64,000 nucleotides of DNA from Octopus vulgaris. Lineage: Eukaryota. Both the position numbers and the translations under genes were made by a program. This document shows, piece by piece, positions 37,826 to 51,338 of this stretch. The stretch lies in NCBI GenBank assembly GCA_951406725.2, contig OX597820.1, forward strand, positions 121,210,001-121,274,000. Direction: 5' to 3'. Every line of letters starts with the position of its first letter. Position 1 is the stretch's first letter. Under the pieces are notes generated by a model, which was given only the letters and a program-made list of their open reading frames with translations, ran no database searches and was not told the origin of the DNA.

Positions 37826-38672
37826 TGAGGAAGGAAGAATGAGAAGAGAATGTTATCGCAGGATAAAGGCAATACTGAAGACAGAGCTGAATGCAAGAAA
37901 CAGGATCGAAGCGGTAAATACATTAGCCATACCGGTCGTGACTTACAATATCACTAACTGGTCAATTACTGAAATATGTAATCTTGATAGAAAAATACGA
38001 AAATTGTTGACAATGCATAGAATGCACCACCCTATGGCAGATATAGAATGATTTTATCTGCCAAGAAAAGAGGGAGGCCGTGGACCTTTACAACTGGAAT
38101 TAGCAATGAAGATTACCACAATTGGCCTAAACACCTACCTGAACAACTCTGATGACTGGATATTAATACTTGTCCCAAAACATAAAAACAAGAAAGTATC
38201 ATACTCAGTAACGAAACAGGCAAAGCAATATCTATGTGAATTCCAAAAACAACAAATTCCAGAATTAGACGTACTGGAAACAAGCATAGGAAAAGCTAAG
38301 CGTATGAAAACCTGTCCTAAAACTGCTGCCTTAGATATTCTGAATGATAAATGGAAAGAAAAACCTTTCAATGGCAAATACCCAAACAGAGCGAATAATG
38401 CAGATGTTGACAAAGCCCTGACCCATCAATGGCTGATGGCTGATGGCTTAAAATCTGAAACAGAAGGGTTTATCATAGCAGCTCAAGATCAATGCTTACC
38501 TTTAAGAAACTACCAGGCCAACATATTAAAGAACGGCAGTAGCCCAACATGTCGTGTATGTCAACAACAAATTGAAATCAGTGATCATATTATCTCCATG
38601 CGCAGTCTTCTTGCACCTACAGAGTATCTCAACAGGAATTATAGAGCAGCAAAATATATTCACAGGAATATA
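37826..38672 (+). mobile_element. Dong/R4-clade non-LTR retrotransposon ORF fragment (post-RT region and CCHC knuckle)
   Basis: RECYRRIKAILKTELNARNRIEAVNTLAIPVVTY..HHPMADIE*FYLPRKEGGRG..WLMADGLKSETEGFIIAAQDQ..CRVCQQQIEISDHIIS..YLNR; truncated at both ends. Confidence 0.85.
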
Positions 38673-39149
38673 TTTCCTATTAATCAGCAGAAATGTTAGA
38701 GGGACTCAAGGCCCATGGTTTCCGTGCATGGCACTCAACAAACTTGATCACTGAAATGTAAGTAATTCTCGGCCCAAAGAACAAACAATGGAAAACGTTG
38801 AGTTCTATTTCTCCTGTCTTTAGTACAAAACCTTATATTTCTATATGTGTATATCTATGGATTTCGGGGGTGCTTGTGCGTGCGTATGTTTGTGTGTGTG
38901 CATTTGCACACATGCGCACATATTCATAACCTAAATGGATAGTATATGTATACATAAACATGTATAAATATAAATACATATTTCTAAAAATATGTTCACA
39001 TTATTTGTATTTTTCAAAATTTTGTGTTCGCCCTTTTCCAGACCTTGACGACATTTGAATCGGAAATTCACTCTATTTTCAGTTCTTCAGTTACATGTCA
39101 AGAAATCTTCTTCTGTAAGATGTGAAACCGCTAAGAATTGGTGAGTTAT

Positions 39150-39450
39150 ATTGTTGGCAGGGTAATTTGTATTTATTAGCAAGATTGGAAGTGATACTGC
39201 CAAAACCTAACTAGGCCAGGACTACGCTACCATGGAATCAACGGTGCGTAAGATTACGCAGAACAAAAAGCTTTACAAAGAACAGAGGCAATGCGATGCT
39301 TTATCATCGATTTTTCCAAAGAACAAGAAACTGAAGTACTGGAATGATCGAAATGGAAAGTTTTTTGTTAATTTAGATCGAAGATTACAAAAGAAACAAT
39401 GGCTGCCAGTCTGTTTGGAAAAGGCAACAGGAAATGGAAAGGAGATAATT
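39150..39450 (+). mobile_element. pogo/Tigger-like transposase N-terminal relic
   Basis: ESTVRKITQNK (HTH-psq-like) and, in another frame, IEMESFLLI*IEDY, similar to the MEKxLxxWIED motif of Tigger. Confidence 0.5.
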
Positions 39451-39577
39451 AAAGTGAAGGAAAATTAAACACAGCTCTTTTCTCGATATTGTGGTGAGGA
39501 CGATAGATTCCCACAAAAATATCTGTTATTTATCACGTTAGTATATATATATATGTATATATATGTATGTATGTATG

Positions 39578-39609
<32 letters not shown>

Positions 39610-40016
39610 TGTATGTATGTATGTATGTATGTATGTATGTATGTATGTATGTATGTATGTATACACACACAAACATATGTATAGGTCTGTTTAAGTGTGG
39701 TATTTATCTATATATTACATTTCATCAGCTGTAAAATTTAAAAATCGCAATGCACACAAAAGGCCGGGTCCTTGAGATATTCAAGTAACTTTATATCAGT
39801 TTCTAAAATATATACACACATCAAAGACCTGCGCATTAGAATGGATATTTATCTCCCTATTATATATATATATGTATGTATGTATATGAGAGAGAGAGAA
39901 GGGGAAGGAGAAGATAGGTAGATAAATAGATAGATGGATAGATAGATATACAGCCCCTCTCTCTCTAAATTATTATTATGAATATATATATATATGTATA
40001 TGATATATAAAAAAGT

Positions 40017-40330
40017 GGCATTCCGTCGCTTTCGACGACGAGGGTTCCCGTTGAGCCGATCAACGGAACAGCAAGCTTGTGAGATTAACGTACAAGTGGC
40101 TGAGTACTCCACAGGCACCAGTACCCCTTCAGATACTTCTCAGGAAGATTTAGCCTGATACAGAATGTGATAAGCTTGGGCCCTTGAAATACAGGTACTA
40201 CTCATTTTTGCTAGCTGAGTGGACTGGAGCAACGAGAAATAAAGTGTCTTGCTCAAGGACACAACGCGCTTCTCGGAATCGAACTCGCGACCCTACGATG
40301 GTGAGCCGAATGCCCTAAACACTAAGCCAT
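40017..40330 (-). mobile_element. tRNA-derived CORE-type SINE sharing its 3' tail with family C
   Basis: Minus: atggcttagtgtttagggc..gagttcgattccgag..gtgtccttgagcaagacactttatt..aaccctcgtcgtcg..gacggaatgcc. Confidence 0.85.
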
Positions 40331-40367
40331 ATATATAGATATATATACATACACACACACACACTAC

Positions 40368-40790
40368 TAAAACTGTTATTGCTTGTTTGTCTGTCATTGA
40401 ATGCAGCCAAACTGGTGCATAATGAGAAAATATTATGAATTAACACCCCTGAAATGTGAATACGAACTGAATAAAACAAATTTCGCATAAATCGGACCAC
40501 GGACCCCTGAGATATGGGGTGGGAGTTAGGGTATTTATAGATACCCAAAACGGTGCACAGTGGAAAAATACACCGAAAATAACGTAAACCTGGAGATGTA
40601 CTTGCATAGCAAGTGATTTGATCTGAGATCGTGTGGTGGAACGAAAACAATTGCAGCGTGGAAGGTGTTTATAAGCCATTTAAGAAACACACAAAAGCCG
40701 TTCGATTCACTTCAACATTTAAGTTTAATTTGTCAAAATATTTTCGTCGCTATAAGACCGCGACCTGTTCACTGACAAAAATCTGACATA
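40368..40790 (+). mobile_element. Possible non-autonomous Helitron/Helentron-type fragment
   Basis: Starts ctaaaactgttattgcttgtttgtctgtc after a microsatellite; internal ggacccctgagatatggggt hairpin; ends not resolved. Confidence 0.35.
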
Positions 40791-41575
40791 ACCCTGAAAA
40801 GGAAGATACTCTAAACTTTCGATTACAGACACTCTTATCTATATCTTCTGTATTTTGAAGACAAACTTCACGGCCTGGGAAAAAGTCTCAATGACTTTAA
40901 CTTGCCAACGAGAAAATACGAGTTGTTTTTACAGTAAATGCTCCTATTTTCGCTTTTGATAAGCACAATATTTTAATAGTTTTGAAATATTTTTAAGTGA
41001 ATGTAATTGCAAAAATGTATGCTCTTTGTACAGTAAGTATTTATATTTTAGCTTTCTTTAAACAGACGGAATTTAAATTTTTTAAAAATTATTTTCAACT
41101 GAATACAATTACAACATGTTTCGGCATATTAATTTTTTTTTTTAATAAAAATTAAAAGACGAGACAATCGAGCGCCATTATACAAAGTTTTCAAGTTTGG
41201 CACTGTAAATTATACCAACCTCTGAACTGGACGGCGCTGTATTACCAAAGATCCCGTCTTCTCTATCTAGAATAAGGAGACAGTTCTGTAGCAACTTGTG
41301 TTTCAAGGTTTCAAAATATTCACCATCCTGCCGAGTAAACTCACAGATTTGCGGTGAGTAGAAGTGGAGTTGTGAAATGCCAGATGGACCTCAATCGCGG
41401 TAGAAAGCACAAAGAAGGGCAACTCCGTCCAGCTCGCTACATCCGCAGAAATAGTGCAAAAGTGTAAACCAAGCACCCTGAAAGATAGTGCCCCAGCATG
41501 GCCTCAGCCTCTGAATGAAACCAGCAAAAGATAAGCGACAAGAGAAAGGATGTATGTATCATGTGTATGTGTGTA

Positions 41576-41992
41576 TTCTTTTATTCTTTTACTTGTTTTA
41601 GTCATTTGACTGCGGCCATGCTGGAGCACCGCCTTTAGTCGAACAAATCGACCTCGGGATTATTCTTTGTAAGCCTAATATTTATTCTCTGTCTCTTTTG
41701 CTGTACCGCTAAGTTACGGGGACGTAAATACCAGCATCGGTTGTCAAGCGATAGTGGTGGGGACAAACACAGACACACAAACATATACACACGCACATAC
41801 ACACACACATATATATATAGATATATACGACGTGCTTCTTTCAGTTTCCGTCTACCTAATCCACTCACAAGGATTAGGTCGGCCCGGGGCTATAGTAGAA
41901 GACACTTGCCCAAGGAGCCACGCAGTGGGACTGAACCCGCAACCATGTGGTTGGTAAGCAAGCTACTTACCACACAGCCACTCCTGCGCCTA
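41576..41992 (-). mobile_element. SINE family B, full length
   Basis: Complete tail, internal microsatellite, core and head. Confidence 0.9.
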
Positions 41993-42419
41993 TACAGACA
42001 TATTTTACAATTGAATCTATCCATACACGTTGTGAATAAGATTTATCTAACACAGTCAAATGCATTATTCAATCGCTCATTTAATTCGTGAGTAGAAAAC
42101 AATGATGTCAGATGTACTTTCTTTCACCACCACCCCCCCACAGAAACACAAACACGCACGCGCGCGCGAGCAACACAACGCTTTATCTAAAAGTGGAAAC
42201 TGCAGAGTGTGACTCAAATGTTAGAATTAGCAGCAAAATTCTTCCGCAAATAAAATAAGTCCGTCGCTATTTTTATGTTTTGAAATGAATTTGATTGTTA
42301 CGATTGGAAGATGGATTTAGTACAAAATGGAAAACAGCGGAAGATGATGAGCGCTGGAAACGCCTTTGATCATACGCCTCCTCTCGAGCATGGCTCGCCT
42401 CAGGCTACTCCACCAACAA

Positions 42420-42641
42420 TATCAATAACAACACCACCACCTCCTCCTCCTACTACTACTACTACTACTACAACTACTACTGTCATCACCCCCACCACCC
42501 ACAACAAATCACAGCAACCATTACTAGTACAAATACTAATACTACAACCACTACTACTACTACCACAACTAGTACTATTATTATCATTCCCACCACCACC
42601 ACCACCACCACCACCACTACCACCACCACCACCACCACCAT

Positions 42642-42683
<42 letters not shown>

Positions 42684-43020
42684 CACTACTACTACTACTA
42701 CTGTCATCACCCCCACCACCCACAACAAATCACAGCAACCATTACTAGTACAAATACTAATACTACAACCACTACTACTACTACCACAACTACTACTACT
42801 ACTATCGTTTCCACCACCACTACTGCTACTACTATCATCACCCCGCCACCAACAACAAACCACTACAACCATTACTAGTACAAATGCTAATTCCAATACA
42901 ACAACCACCGCTACTACCACAACTCGTGTTATTATTATCATTCCCACCACCACCACCACCACCACCACCACTACCACCACTACTACTACTTCTGCTGCTG
43001 CTGCTGCTACTACTACAACA

Positions 43021-43055
<35 letters not shown>

Positions 43056-43085
43056 CACCACCACCACCACCACCACTACTACTAA
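42420..43085. repeat. (CCA)/(CTA) tract with higher-order repetition
   Basis: Unit gtcatcacccccaccacccacaacaaatcacagcaaccattactagtacaaatactaat at ~42482 and ~42703, diverged at ~42835. Confidence 0.9.
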
Positions 43086-43989
43086 AAAATACAATGAAAC
43101 ATGTTTTAAAGCAACAGTGTTAAAAAAAGGGAAACGAAGTCAAAATGGAAGTTAATCAGACGTTTCCTGAGTGAAAGGAAAGCCTTAATTGTGAATGGTG
43201 ACCCTTCCCATAACCCTTTGCACAAAACAGCGTTCAATTAGAAGCCATTTTGATTAGGAAGATTTAGGATTAAGAACTTTCAACAGTGATTCAGCGCATG
43301 CTGCTCCCTACTTATTAACCAGATTATGGCCTCCGGATACTTCGACACACAATTCTTTCTTTTTATTTCTTGTGTTTTTGCTCGCTTTTTCTTTCCCATT
43401 TTTTTTTCTTTTTTGCTTGTTTTGTTTTTGTCGTCGTCATTTTATATACATCCGTAGAAGAAAAGCATTAAGAAAGTTAAGCTGTTAAAGACGTCAATAA
43501 TAAATACAACAACAACAACAGCAACAAGGATGATGTTGAAGATGATGATGTGGATGCTACTCCGTGTATTTGTCGTAAGTGGATTATATCGCCTAAGCCT
43601 GTGAGTGTGGTGGGTTGAATGGAATTCCCTCATTATTATTATCATTATTATTATCATCATTATTTCGGTGTGTGTGCCATTTGGAAGGCGCTTAGCAAGT
43701 GGCACGTGTCAAGCGCACTCTGACCAGACCCGCTTAACCTGTAGGCCATGTCTGGTATGTTATAAATAACCTGTGGCAGCCTTGACCGACGTGGCCCCTG
43801 CCAAAATATAGGAGAAGAACGTGCAGCCAGCTATTTATTTACTTATATATTTATTACCTATTTATGTTGTTTTATGTAATTAATGTCATTATTGTAATTA
43901 ATGAATTAATTAACCACTGAAAATACACATTGTTTATTTTCTTTTCATAGGAAGGTGCATGTGAATTGTGAAGTAAACAACTTTTTGTA

Positions 43990-44345
43990 GTTGTGTGGGT
44001 AAGAAATGTGCTTTCCAACCATGTGGGCTGGGGTTCAGCTCCACTATGCGGATGTTTTCCTCTGTAGTCCCAGGCCGTCCAAAGTCTTGTGAAGAAAATA
44101 GTGTGGATGGATGTTGTTAATGTGTCTGTTTTGTGTGTTTTTGTGATAGCTCTTTGATTGTCTCTTCACCACCAACACTTGACAACTGTTGTTGGTTTAT
44201 TTACATTCCTGTAACGTAGCAGTACTGCAAAAGAGAGCGATATGATATGTACCAGATTTTTCAGTTCTACTAGACCTTTGAAAATGGTGCCCCAGCCTGA
44301 CCACAGTCCAAAGACTGAAATAAGACAAGCAGAAAAAAGCTAAAA
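43990..44345 (+). mobile_element. SINE family B, old copy
   Basis: Degenerate head gtgggtaagaa..gggttcagctcc; tail ggtgcccagcctgaccacagtccaaagactgaaa. Confidence 0.6.
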
Positions 44346-44949
44346 AATATACAACTGATGTGCCGTGGAAAGGAGGTAAAGGAATTCTAAACCGTTTTGT
44401 TTGAATCTCGGTGTGTGGGCAGAAACAATGGGACAAGTGTGAATAATATCTAGTCTTTTTGAAAATTTCATCAGTAAAAGAAATTCTGTCTCCTGAATTG
44501 ATATTTCATTTGAATCCATGTGCCGCCGAAGTGGGTTTAATTACTGAATCTAGATTATTACTCAACGGTTTGCGAATAGTTGGACATTTTAATGTTATAT
44601 TAATTAAACGTCTATTATTTATAAAAACAACATATAACACTTTAGATAATTTTGCTATCTACAGGAAGAGTTATATTGTTTTGGCAAGCTTATTACACTG
44701 TAGGGAAGAGTGAAACTCGAATCATGAAGAAACATTTCATTTAAATTAACATTTATATTCTACGTCAAGTATTGACCCGCTTTATTCCATGATACCGTTT
44801 TGAAGACACACACATCTACCTACCCAACTCCGTACCTATCTAACTAACCACCCACCTACCTACATATTTTCATGCATACGTACATACATATACGTGTGTC
44901 TGTGTGCGTGTTTGTATGCGTGTGCGTGTGTATATATATATATATATAT

Positions 44950-45365
44950 ATTTTATATTTTATATTTTATATTTTATATTTAATTGTTGATAGGTTTATT
45001 TTAGTTTATATATTGTTTATATATTGATTATATATGGATTATATTTAGGTTATATATGGATTATATATTTATATTTTTTCATTCATACTTTAATTATTTT
45101 AAAATTATTATTTGTATATTTTAAAATTTTGATATTTTAGATTGAAGTCCACCTGAAGATTGTCGATCAAGACAAGAAACGATTGTAGTGGCGGTTTTTT
45201 TGACTATTTATTAAAATTTTATGTATTGATTAAGTCTTTCCTTGTTTGTTTTGCAAAATAGTGGTTTTGTCTCTAATAATATTTTATAATATTTTACTAT
45301 AAAATTGGATTTAATCCTAAATCTGATTTTTTTTCTCTGTAAATTTGGATTTATTCCCTAATATT

Positions 45366-45370
<5 letters not shown>
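44950..45370 (+). mobile_element. (TA)n-embedded AT-rich element (Penelope pLTR- or retrozyme-like)
   Basis: (TA)n on both sides; contains an intact hammerhead motif. Confidence 0.65.
45149..45191 (+). ncRNA. Intact minimal type I hammerhead ribozyme motif
   Basis: ccac CTGAAGA ttgtc gatcaa gacaa GAAAC gatt GTA gtgg; all core nucleotides present, stem I 4 bp, stem II 5 bp, minimal stem III. Confidence 0.8.
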
Positions 45371-45404
<34 letters not shown>

Positions 45405-45994
45405 TATTTATGTCTGTGTGTGTTTGTTCAAGTGATTATGAATGTATGTCTGTATATGAAATCAGGGTGCACAGATCGGTAACTCTACTCAAAGCTGGTG
45501 CGTCGTATGCACTAACTGACCCAGAAGACACTTGCCCAAGAAGCCACGCAGTGGGACTGAACCCGCAACCATGTGGTTGGTTAGCAAGCTACTTACCACA
45601 CAGCCACTCCTCTGAATTATTGCTATACAACGTCTCCCTGAAATGAACTCACACAGCCGATCCATAAATGTTGTTCATTTACAACTGTTCGCCACTCGAA
45701 ACAGACTTAGAATTTTGGACTAATTTCCTAAAAATATCTTTTTCAATGGTGTCATTGATTGTGTGTGTGCATACATACACACAAGCGCATGCATACCGAC
45801 ATGCAAACACACACACACGCACAGACATACACCCACACATACATACAATTATATAAATATGCAAAGAAGTGTGTGTAGTGTTGTACTCTCCTTCGTGTAA
45901 CAAGGAAGATTATTGTTCAAAATACTTCTTGTTAGAGGCGAACTCTATACTGTGAATACAGGCTTTTCAAACAGCCTTATGGATCAGGTCCTTC

Positions 45995-46895
45995 CATAGG
46001 TAGATGACAAAAAGGTCCCGGACTAGTTCTGTAGCGCGCCAACAGATGGCAGCACACGGGTGCGTGCGCATTGAGAGGTAGCAGTGCCCTTCAAGAGACA
46101 GGTTGCTAAGTGACAAAGCTGTGTTTACTTCACTAGTTGTGAATTTTGGGATTTTGTGATCACATGTATGATGTAGTCTGAGTTTTATTTTTCTATCATG
46201 GACTGGAAGTTGAAACAAAGAGCCAAAGTAAAATTTTGCGTTAAATTTGAGAAGTTTGCTAGAGACATAGAGCATTGGCAAGCTTACAGCGACGAGGCAA
46301 AGGGTCATATGCAATGTTTCGAGCGGCACAAGCGCTTCAAGAGCAAAAGAACATTCAGAAGACCTACCACGAACGTCAGCCCTAGAAATGTGGTGGTGTG
46401 CATCAAGAATTTGTACCTTAGAGCCAGATCCTCAATCAAGAGTTCTGTGATGTTTTGAAACGTGTGAGGGAGGACATTCGGTGAGAGGGACGAGGTCGTC
46501 GGGGCACGAATAATTAGCTACTTCATGACGACAATGCACCCTGTCGCCTAGCTCTCATCACTTGTGAGATTCTCGCCCCAATCGAATATCGTATCACCCC
46601 TGCACCCACCCTGTTCATCAGATCAAGCACTTGCGGACTTCCGTCTCTTCCCGAAGATGAAAATGCAGATCAAAAGTCACAGTTTAATTGTCGTCAAGAT
46701 CTAGAATCGCAGAAGATCCTCGACTTGCTTACGGAAAATGACATCCAGGCCGGATTCCAAAAGTGGCAGAAATATTGGGGCCGATTTATTGCTGTGCAAG
46801 GCGACTATTTCGAAGAAGATGATGTTAAAACTTGGGTAAATAAACTACTTTTATTAAACATCACAAATCTGGGGACCTTTTGATGCCACCTCATA
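45995..46895 (+). mobile_element. Internally deleted mariner element
   Basis: TIR-like ends (aggtagatgacaaaaaggtccc / revcomp tatgaggtggcatcaaaaggtcccc); MDWKLKQRAKVKFCVK..; VHQEFVP; LHDDNAP; ADFRLFPKMK; FQKWQKYWGRFIAVQGDYFEEDD. Confidence 0.85.
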
Positions 46896-46991
46896 TATAC
46901 ATGCACCTTCAAACACACACATACATACATACTTCTATACTTACCCACCTATATACTCATCCACATACATAAATTCATACTTATATATATA

Positions 46992-47221
46992 TATTTCTTT
47001 ACTGCCCACAAGGAGCTAAACACAGAGGGGACAAACAAGGACAGACAAACGGATTAAGTGGTTTACATCGACCCCAGTGTGTAACTGTTACTTTATTTAT
47101 CGACCCCAAAAGGATGAAAGGCAAAGTCGACCTCGGCGGAATTTGAACTCAGAGCGTAACGGCAGTCGAAATACGACTACGCATTTCGCCCGGCGTTCTA
47201 ACGTTTCTGCCAGCTTGCCGC
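46992..47221 (-). mobile_element. SINE family A, full length
   Basis: Matches the family consensus seen elsewhere in the window. Confidence 0.9.
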
Positions 47222-48565
47222 TGTGTGTGTGTGTATGTGTGTGTGTGTGTGTGTGTGTATGGAGAGACAGATAGACAGACAGTTAACTATAGAGATGGTT
47301 AGAACAACTATGATTGTGATACCATTTCTATTTTCCCAGCAAGTAGGGGAGACCACCCTGGGCTGACTACATTCTTCTGTCTGTTATCAGTGTTTTATAG
47401 ATTTGAAACATAAACATCTGTCAGAAAACAGAATTAAATGAGGGACGGGGATACAAGTTCTCGAGTAAAATCAGCGACTGTAGTCCCCAAGTTAAGTTTG
47501 AATCACGACACGCATGATTTACTTCCAAGTATCACGGCATGTGGTTTGGGTAAAGGTTGAAGGTGAACTAGAATATTCTGTAAATATATAGATACGATAG
47601 GGAATAGATATTTACTCTTCACAATGTACACGATATTGTTATTCGTGTTCTGTGTATGTCTGTGTCCTCGCATGTGTCTCTATGTATAAGAGTATATGTG
47701 TGTGTTTGCTTGTGTGTGTGTTTACGATGTGTACATATGTGTATTTCCATATATTATTTTGAGGTAAACTATATGCAACCATCCATCTCTGGCATCAAAA
47801 TAGAGATATCAAAAGTGTCGTAATGTGTTTACCAATAACGGTCTTGTTTTCTCATGTTTGAACTGCTCATAGTTTTATCAATTTTCTGTCTGCCCTGAAA
47901 TCCAACAATATTAATATAAAAGCTCAAATCTCTGATATCTTTGACACATGTACGATATTTATCATTGATATTACTCCTTATATTATTGTACTTGTTCACC
48001 AAATGTTCTCATGATAATATTTGATATTATTTCCTTAGGATTTAGGAATGAAAGGAGAAAGCGAAATGGCAACAAATTCTATTGGAAGCTTCATTGCAGA
48101 ACAAGCTTTGAGAGAGAGAATTGGCATGGAATGTACCGAACAAAAGCATATGTATGCTTGCTAAGTAGCTCTATATGTTATGCTGGTATGGCTGCATATA
48201 CAGACGGATGAGATTTTCATGTAGATTATGTATCTATATGTTTATATTTGTTTAAATGAGTAACTCTATACATGACTGTATGCAAACAATGACTCAATTT
48301 TCATGTGGAAAATATATACTATATCAATTTATACCCGACAAAAATGGTGTAATATTTTCAAGTCTTCGCTATAATATATATAAAACTAATGTAATTAATA
48401 TTTTAGTGTTAATGACCAAATCAATGTTTATATAACCACGTTTCAGTTATCATCCTCCTAAATTTATATTCGTAGATATCTCAAACTTCTAACCATCTGT
48501 AACATTTATTTAGAAACTCTTCAGTACCAAGAGAACTTCATGTCAGTTTGTGATTCGGACTTCCA

Positions 48566-48589
48566 TATTATTATTATTATTATTATTAA

Positions 48590-48681
<92 letters not shown>
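48566..48681. repeat. (ATT)n microsatellite
   Basis: Seen directly. Confidence 0.98.
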
Positions 48682-48682
<1 letters not shown>

Positions 48683-49072
48683 GCAAGCTGTAATATCCGT
48701 TGTATTGTGTGACACTTTGAGTGGGGTTCAAAGTCGCAGTCACGAATTGCTTTGTAGCTATGCTATTGTACGATGAGGTTAGTGAGTCAATGTTTCAACG
48801 TCTCAGATGTAGTTTGAAAGAAATTCATCTCAGCAGAGTTCGGTATCTACAGTGATGACGGACTGTCTATTTTGTAAAGTATGAATCTTCACATTCTGAG
48901 TCCCTTACCTACCCTCATTCCGAGATTGGTGCCAAAATTTGAAACCGTCTTCATTATTTGCCTCCACATTTCATTCAGTACAAAATTATGTGAATAAATA
49001 ATCATTACATTTGACTGTAATTCAAAGAAATTGTCATTATAATTAAAACCTGACAAAGTCACCTTTACTTAA

Positions 49073-49700
49073 AGGCGGCAAGCTGGCAGAAACGTTAGCA
49101 CGCCGGGCGAAATGCTTAGCAGTATTTTGTCTGTCTTTACGTTCTGAGATCAAATTTCGCCGAGGTCGATAAATTAAGTACCAGTTACGTGGTCTATGTA
49201 ATCGACCTAATCACTTTGTCTGTCCTTGTTTCTCTCCTCTATGTTTAGCCCCTTGTGGGTAGTAATGAAATAAGAAACATTAGCACGCCGGGCGAAATGC
49301 GTAGCCGTATTTCGTCTGCCGTTACGTTCTGAGTTCAAATTCCACCGAGGTTAACTTTGCCTTTCATCCTTTCGGGGTCGATAAATTAAGTACCAGTTAC
49401 GCACTGGGGTCGATGTAATCGACCTAATTCGTTTGTCTGTCCTTGTTTGTCCTCTGTGTTTAGCCCCTTTTGGGTAGTAAAGAAATAGGTATTTCGTCTT
49501 TAGCTACGTTCTGAGTTCAAATTCCGCCGATGTCGACTTTGCCTTTCATCCTTTCGGGGTCGATTATATAAGTACCAGTTACGCACTGGGGTTGATATAA
49601 TCGACTTAATCCGTTTGTCTGTACTTGTTTGTCATCTCTGCGTTTAGCCCCTTGTGGGTAGTAAATAAATAGGCATTTTGTTCTTCTTTACGTTCTGACT
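49073..49700 (+). mobile_element. SINE family A tandem array (3 units plus the start of a 4th)
   Basis: Junctions gaaata|agaaacattagc (49272), gaaatag|gtatttcg (49488), aaatag|gcattttg (49672). Confidence 0.9.
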
Positions 49701-49969
49701 TTAAGGAGTTCATTAACATTTTCAAATAGTTAAATCTAAACAGTCACAGCAAATGCTAATGTAAGCAAGGTTAATTTGTTAGATGTAATTCTTTTACCAG
49801 AAAGTTTGGAATATTATGATAAATACCAATCAACTTCAACAGTACTTAAACCTTAGTTAATATTAAGCGCATATCTTACTCGCGCTACTCTTTGGTACAA
49901 TGAAGCATTAAAATCCAATTGATTCAATGACCGAGTTTATTATCTACAATAACTAAAGTACTGTCTCGA

Positions 49970-50150
49970 AGTGTAGAACATCTCCTGCCGGTTCCTCAGT
50001 TTCCATGTCATATAAGTGACAAAGCAGCAATTTTCCCGAACGGGACACCGGTCCGTCACCAGGAGCAACGCGAAAAGGAAGGATTTGCTTACGCTTCACC
50101 AGGTCTAGGAATCGAAACTGCGATCTGACGACCACGCCATTTGCCTTCAC
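49970..50150 (-). mobile_element. Old tRNA-derived SINE fragment
   Basis: Minus: gtgaaggcaaatggcgtggtc..gtttcgattcc..gacggaccggtgtcccgttc..catggaaactg. Confidence 0.5.
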
Positions 50151-51105
50151 ATTTCATTCAGCATAACATCAATTTTCATAAACGCAACAATTGAAAACAG
50201 AATCGTATTGCATTGTTTAAATACTTTTTGCTATTCTTTGCTTAAATTTCCCGAGACCATAAAAATAATTAACAAGAATAATGCCGTTTCAAAAGTCTTG
50301 TTTAATTCCATATCAAGTATAAGCAGATGGTTCTTGTATTGATATTCCAAATTGTTCTCTTAATAAAATCCTTGTCGACCCTCAACAATGTCAGCCTTTG
50401 TAAAGCATTAACTTATCTAGCCACGTTTCTTATTGCAGATCAAAAAGTTCTATAAGGTGAAGTGAAAATGAAATGCTTCCGCAGAATGTCCCTGCTAGTA
50501 ACTATGCATTCAAAACCTGAATGCATAGTCTCACCACTTAAAAATCCAAATATATTTCAAATTTAAAACATTACAATATAAAACACTTTCAAATCTTTTG
50601 CTCCGTTAAAGAAATCACATCCGCCTACAGACACGATTGCAGAAAAAGGTGAAAATTTGGCAAATTTTCTCGGTATTTCTATAGATATTTATTAACGAAT
50701 CTCAACTACCCGCAGGCTAAAATAATTTATGTCCTACATAAAAGATATGAAAATTCAATAAAGAATACCATGACGTATTTTCTAACGTTGTTATGCAAAA
50801 ACCAATGAAATCTCTGCTGTGTAGTAACTAGTCATATTTCGATGTCTGTACATATATTCTTGCCTATATAATGTTGAGTTGCTTCCTTCCTCCAGTGATT
50901 TCAATAATCGGAAATTTGAAACAGAAATACATGGATTAAGAAGAATCAACACAAAACAACAACTATTTATTGTATTTTGTGTGTGTTGATGGTATTCTCT
51001 AGTTTGTGGGAATACACGCTCAGCAATATATATATATAAACATACATACGTACGTACGTACATATATAGAGAGAAACAAGTAGATAGCTATATGTATAAA
51101 TGCAC

Positions 51106-51136
<31 letters not shown>

Positions 51137-51206
51137 TAGATAAATATATAGATTCATACATTCATACATACATGCATGCATAAATGGACTGACACACATA
51201 CAGATA

Positions 51207-51272
<66 letters not shown>

Positions 51273-51279
51273 TATATAA

Positions 51280-51338
<59 letters not shown>

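Noticed and set aside
38106-38699. 197-aa ORF as a host gene
   Set aside because: Part of a truncated Dong/R4 retrotransposon ORF with an upstream in-frame stop and a degenerate CCHC motif.
42311-43123. Pro/Thr-rich mucin- or extensin-like ORFs
   Set aside because: Trinucleotide repeat with frame-inconsistent composition and no splice context.
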